From: an uncultured Geitlerinema sp.
GTDB taxonomy: Bacteria; Cyanobacteriota; Cyanobacteriia; Cyanobacteriales; PCC-9228
Length of the DNA: 32,000 nucleotides
Direction: 5' to 3'
Assembly: GCA_964477525.1 (NCBI GenBank)
Contig: CAYZHY010000014.1
Span: 9,501 to 41,500, forward strand
Part shown: positions 29,500 to 32,000 of the stretch, one piece after another
Layout of the letters: each line of letters begins with the position of its first letter
How positions within the stretch are numbered: the first letter of the stretch is position 1
Notes under the pieces: model-generated
What the model was told of the DNA's origin: nothing
The model's database searches: none
The model's input: the letters and a program-made list of their open reading frames with translations, nothing else
Program-made: the position numbers and the translations under genes

Positions 29500-29997
29500 C
29501 TACGAACGACGGTTTTTAATTTCGATATTCCATTCATTCCTCCTCAGAATATGATAGAGAGTTTTATAAGGAATTTGAATTTGGTAATTATTTTCCAGCC
29601 AATCTTGAACTTCTTTATAGCTCGAAAATTCTTTCAAGTCTTCAAGTTCTTGTCGAATTTGCTCCATGGTCTCCTCGCTAAGTTTCGGCGGCCTCCCAGA
29701 AGGCTTTTTTTCCTCTAACAATGCTTCCAGTCCACCTTCTCTATACAAACGCAGCCAGCGATGAACGGTGGCTTCATTCCGTCCCACAATAGTCGCTAGG
29801 GATCGTACAGTATCTACCATTTGAATTTGAAGAAGGTACAAAGCTTGTACTTTGGCAAAGTTGAGTCCTGTTTTTTGCTGCTTCATCAGTTTCTGAAGCG
29901 TCTCTGCCGACTCAGCAATTTCAATTTTCGGGATTCCTGACACGATCGCCTCCTTTCCCAAAATTTTCTTATGCTTCCTATAATAAGTATTGCACAA
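29500..29997 (-). CDS. IS630-type transposase N-terminal HTH protein (orfA-like; DDE half not present)
   Basis: 165 aa; VGRNEATVHRWLRLYREGGLEALLEEKKPSGRPPKLSEE and YKEVQDWLENNYQIQIPYKTLYHILRR. The ORF ends before any DDE catalytic domain. Confidence 0.75.
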   Translation of the reverse strand: MCNTYYRKHKKILGKEAIVSGIPKIEIAESAETLQKLMKQQKTGLNFAKVQALYLLQIQMVDTVRSLATIVGRNEATVHRWLRLYREGGLEALLEEKKPSGRPPKLSEETMEQIRQELEDLKEFSSYKEVQDWLENNYQIQIPYKTLYHILRRNEWNIEIKNRRS

Positions 29998-30227
29998 TTT
30001 TTGAAAATTGTATCAAAGTATCCCCATCGATTCTATCGCAACGACCCATCCTCATACCATTTCTAGAAAATAAAAATTGTCTTGAATTTTTCCAATTACC
30101 CCGGTAGGGGTACAACGCGTGAGTGTCCCTATGAAAATGCTCCGAATGGCGATCGCTGGCATCAGGTGGAAAAGCGATCGCTACCTCCAATTAGAGAAAG
30201 TAGAAACGTTATTGTGATATATAAAAA

Positions 30228-30245
30228 AATACTTTTATAAGTATT
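30228..30245. repeat. Perfect 7-bp inverted repeat AATACTT-TTAT-AAGTATT
   Basis: Read directly; a T-tract lies some 12 nt further on. Confidence 0.6.
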
Positions 30246-30333
30246 GGTGTCGTTGTTTTTTTAGCCTTGTCCTTAAATATTTCAATAAATAGCCAATTGT
30301 GAGCGATCGTACCCCTACGAAACGCTCCCACAC

Positions 30334-31443
30334 TCAAATCGTACCACGCTTCTTCTGTTCGCGCTCTATAGCTTCAAATAAGGCTCGAAAATTTCCTTCT
30401 CCAAAACCTCTAGCTTGCGATCGCCTTTCAATAACCTCAAAAAAGAATGTTGGTTCTTCAAAAATGGGTTTGGTAAAAGTTTGCAACAGTAAAGGAACTT
30501 TTTGGCAATTTTGATTTGCTGTTTCTATTTCATTTTGCTTCCAATCTACCAAAATTTCTTGTTCTTGAATCTGGACAAGTTCCTGCGGGGAAATCAAACC
30601 ATCGCAACTAGCTTTTAATTGGTCGTAATAACTCTCTGGAACTGACAAAAATGGAATGCCATTGCTTCGCATTTGGGCAACGGATGCCAAAATATTTTTG
30701 CTTTTCAAAGCAATATGTTGGATACCAGCATCGCGATTGTAGTTTAAAAACTCTTGGATTTGAGAATTCGCTGAGGTGGGTTCGTTAACCGGCAGTTGTA
30801 CTTTTCCTTGAGGATGGGTTAAAACCTGACTGGACAATCCCGATTTTTGCGTTTGAATGTTAAAGTTCTGTTGGGGTTGAAATCCGAAGATTTCACAATA
30901 CCAATCCACCGCTGGTTGCAACTCACCCACAGGAACATTTAATACCGCATGGTCGATGGCTACAATCGAAGTTTCTTGGAAATTGCGATCGCTAATAGCT
31001 TCACTATCTATAAGTGGTTGCAGGCTATCTCCATCTTCCATCCATTGTACAGCTTTTGGTGGCTGGTCCGTTTTTTCTATTAATGTATGGGTTAAACGAC
31101 CCCAACCAGCAAGTTTTGCCCATTTCCAACCTCCGTATTGTTGACGAGGTTGCAGTAATTTCGCTCCCGCTACCACTGCCTTTTCCAACAAGGCATCCAA
31201 ATCTCGTACCTGAAACGCCACATCAGCCACCCCTGGCGGAAATTGTTGTAAAGAACGAAATACCGAGCTTGCCTCCGTTTTGGGCATGGAAAGGGCAACG
31301 AACACCGAACCGCTGTATAGAACTTCTGTATGCGTATGTTGGTTAGCGACACTATCCAGCCAACGCCATGCCATCCGGCGTTGGAACCATTGCCGCCAGA
31401 AAACCGCATCTTTGACGTAAAAGTGTACGTAGCCAATATCCAT
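30334..31443 (-). CDS. 4-hydroxyphenylpyruvate dioxygenase-like (VOC family)
   Basis: 369 aa; two-fold VOC architecture, GVADVAFQVRDLDALLEKAV, AIDHAVLNVPVGELQPAVDWYCEIFGFQ, DAGIQHIALKSKNI, PIFEEPTFFFEVIERRSQARGFGEGNFRALFEAIEREQ. Confidence 0.9.
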   Translation of the reverse strand: MDIGYVHFYVKDAVFWRQWFQRRMAWRWLDSVANQHTHTEVLYSGSVFVALSMPKTEASSVFRSLQQFPPGVADVAFQVRDLDALLEKAVVAGAKLLQPRQQYGGWKWAKLAGWGRLTHTLIEKTDQPPKAVQWMEDGDSLQPLIDSEAISDRNFQETSIVAIDHAVLNVPVGELQPAVDWYCEIFGFQPQQNFNIQTQKSGLSSQVLTHPQGKVQLPVNEPTSANSQIQEFLNYNRDAGIQHIALKSKNILASVAQMRSNGIPFLSVPESYYDQLKASCDGLISPQELVQIQEQEILVDWKQNEIETANQNCQKVPLLLQTFTKPIFEEPTFFFEVIERRSQARGFGEGNFRALFEAIEREQKKRGTI

Positions 31444-31512
31444 AAAACTCGATGGTTGCGATCGTTAGAGTACGCTAGCATCTTAAACAGTCAATTGTAT
31501 GCTGGCAATGGA

Positions 31513-32000
31513 TTAGAAGAATAAATGACTGTCTGGCTGAATGTTTATTTCCATGGGAACGGCTTGTGGTTCCGCAGACAAAGCATACATAATAGCATTT
31601 GCCGCTGTTTCCGTACTTAACATTTGGGAACGGTCTACCTTCAAACCGACATTATCCCAGAAAGGAGAGTCAATCCCACCAAAATAAAACAGCGTAAATT
31701 TAATGCCAAAGCGATGCAACTCTTCCGCCATACATTTGCTAAAACCTACAGCACCAAATTTGGAAGCACAGTAGGCACTACCCATCGCCATAGAATGTTT
31801 GCCCAAAATGCCCGTTATATTGCAAATATGTCCGGATTTGCGCCCTCTCATTACTTTAGCAGCCGCTTGGCTCGTATAGAAACTCCCTTTGAGGTTGACA
31901 TCCAACATAGCATCCAAATCCTCAGGGGTCAGTTTCATCCACTGTTTCAAGATGCCAGCCCCCGCAGCGTTGACCAAAATGTCAATTTGCCCAAACTGTT
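31513..32000 (-). CDS. Short-chain dehydrogenase/reductase (SDR) family, 5' end truncated by the window edge
   Basis: ILVNAAGAGILKQW, DVNLKGSFYTSQAA, ICNITGILGKHSMAMGSAYCASKFGAVGFSK (Tyr-x3-Lys region). The reading frame continues upstream as QFGQIDI. Confidence 0.88.
   Translation of the reverse strand, partial: QFGQIDILVNAAGAGILKQWMKLTPEDLDAMLDVNLKGSFYTSQAAAKVMRGRKSGHICNITGILGKHSMAMGSAYCASKFGAVGFSKCMAEELHRFGIKFTLFYFGGIDSPFWDNVGLKVDRSQMLSTETAANAIMYALSAEPQAVPMEINIQPDSHLFF

Noticed and set aside
1-32000. Many dispersed GCGATCGC octamers, checked as possible CRISPR or regulatory repeats
   Set aside because: They match HIP1, the highly iterated palindrome of cyanobacteria. They are irregularly spaced and occur within genes; no CRISPR-like array was found.

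Overview
This is a cyanobacterial chromosomal window; numerous HIP1-type GCGATCGC octamers and cyanobacterium-specific genes support that. Most of it is core metabolism: ndhB, pyrR, fni, sppA, cysK, kptA, ictB, an HPPD-like dioxygenase, a GST and methyltransferases. The parts most worth a second look are as follows. (1) A compact two-gene restriction-modification module (C5-cytosine methyltransferase plus putative PD-(D/E)XK endonuclease, unique insert about 17634-19896) sits between two apparently identical 508-bp direct repeats of the 3' end of ictB. This is a textbook-like 'insertion with long target duplication', in which ictB keeps a complete reading frame by using a replacement stop codon. 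(2) A three-gene CP43'/IsiA-type chlorophyll-protein operon includes an IsiA-PsaL fusion. It is followed upstream by a Crp/Fnr-type regulator and a near-perfect Fur box (17/19). (3) An 882-aa chimera combines a cyclic-nucleotide-binding-like domain, a sigma54-activator-like AAA+ domain (GAFTGA loop absent, Walker B glutamate replaced), a membrane region and polyferredoxin cysteines. It lies next to cysK. (4) A large C39-like cysteine peptidase carries a duplicated beta-rich module array. No CRISPR array was seen. All assignments come from reading the sequence and translations; no database searches were run.
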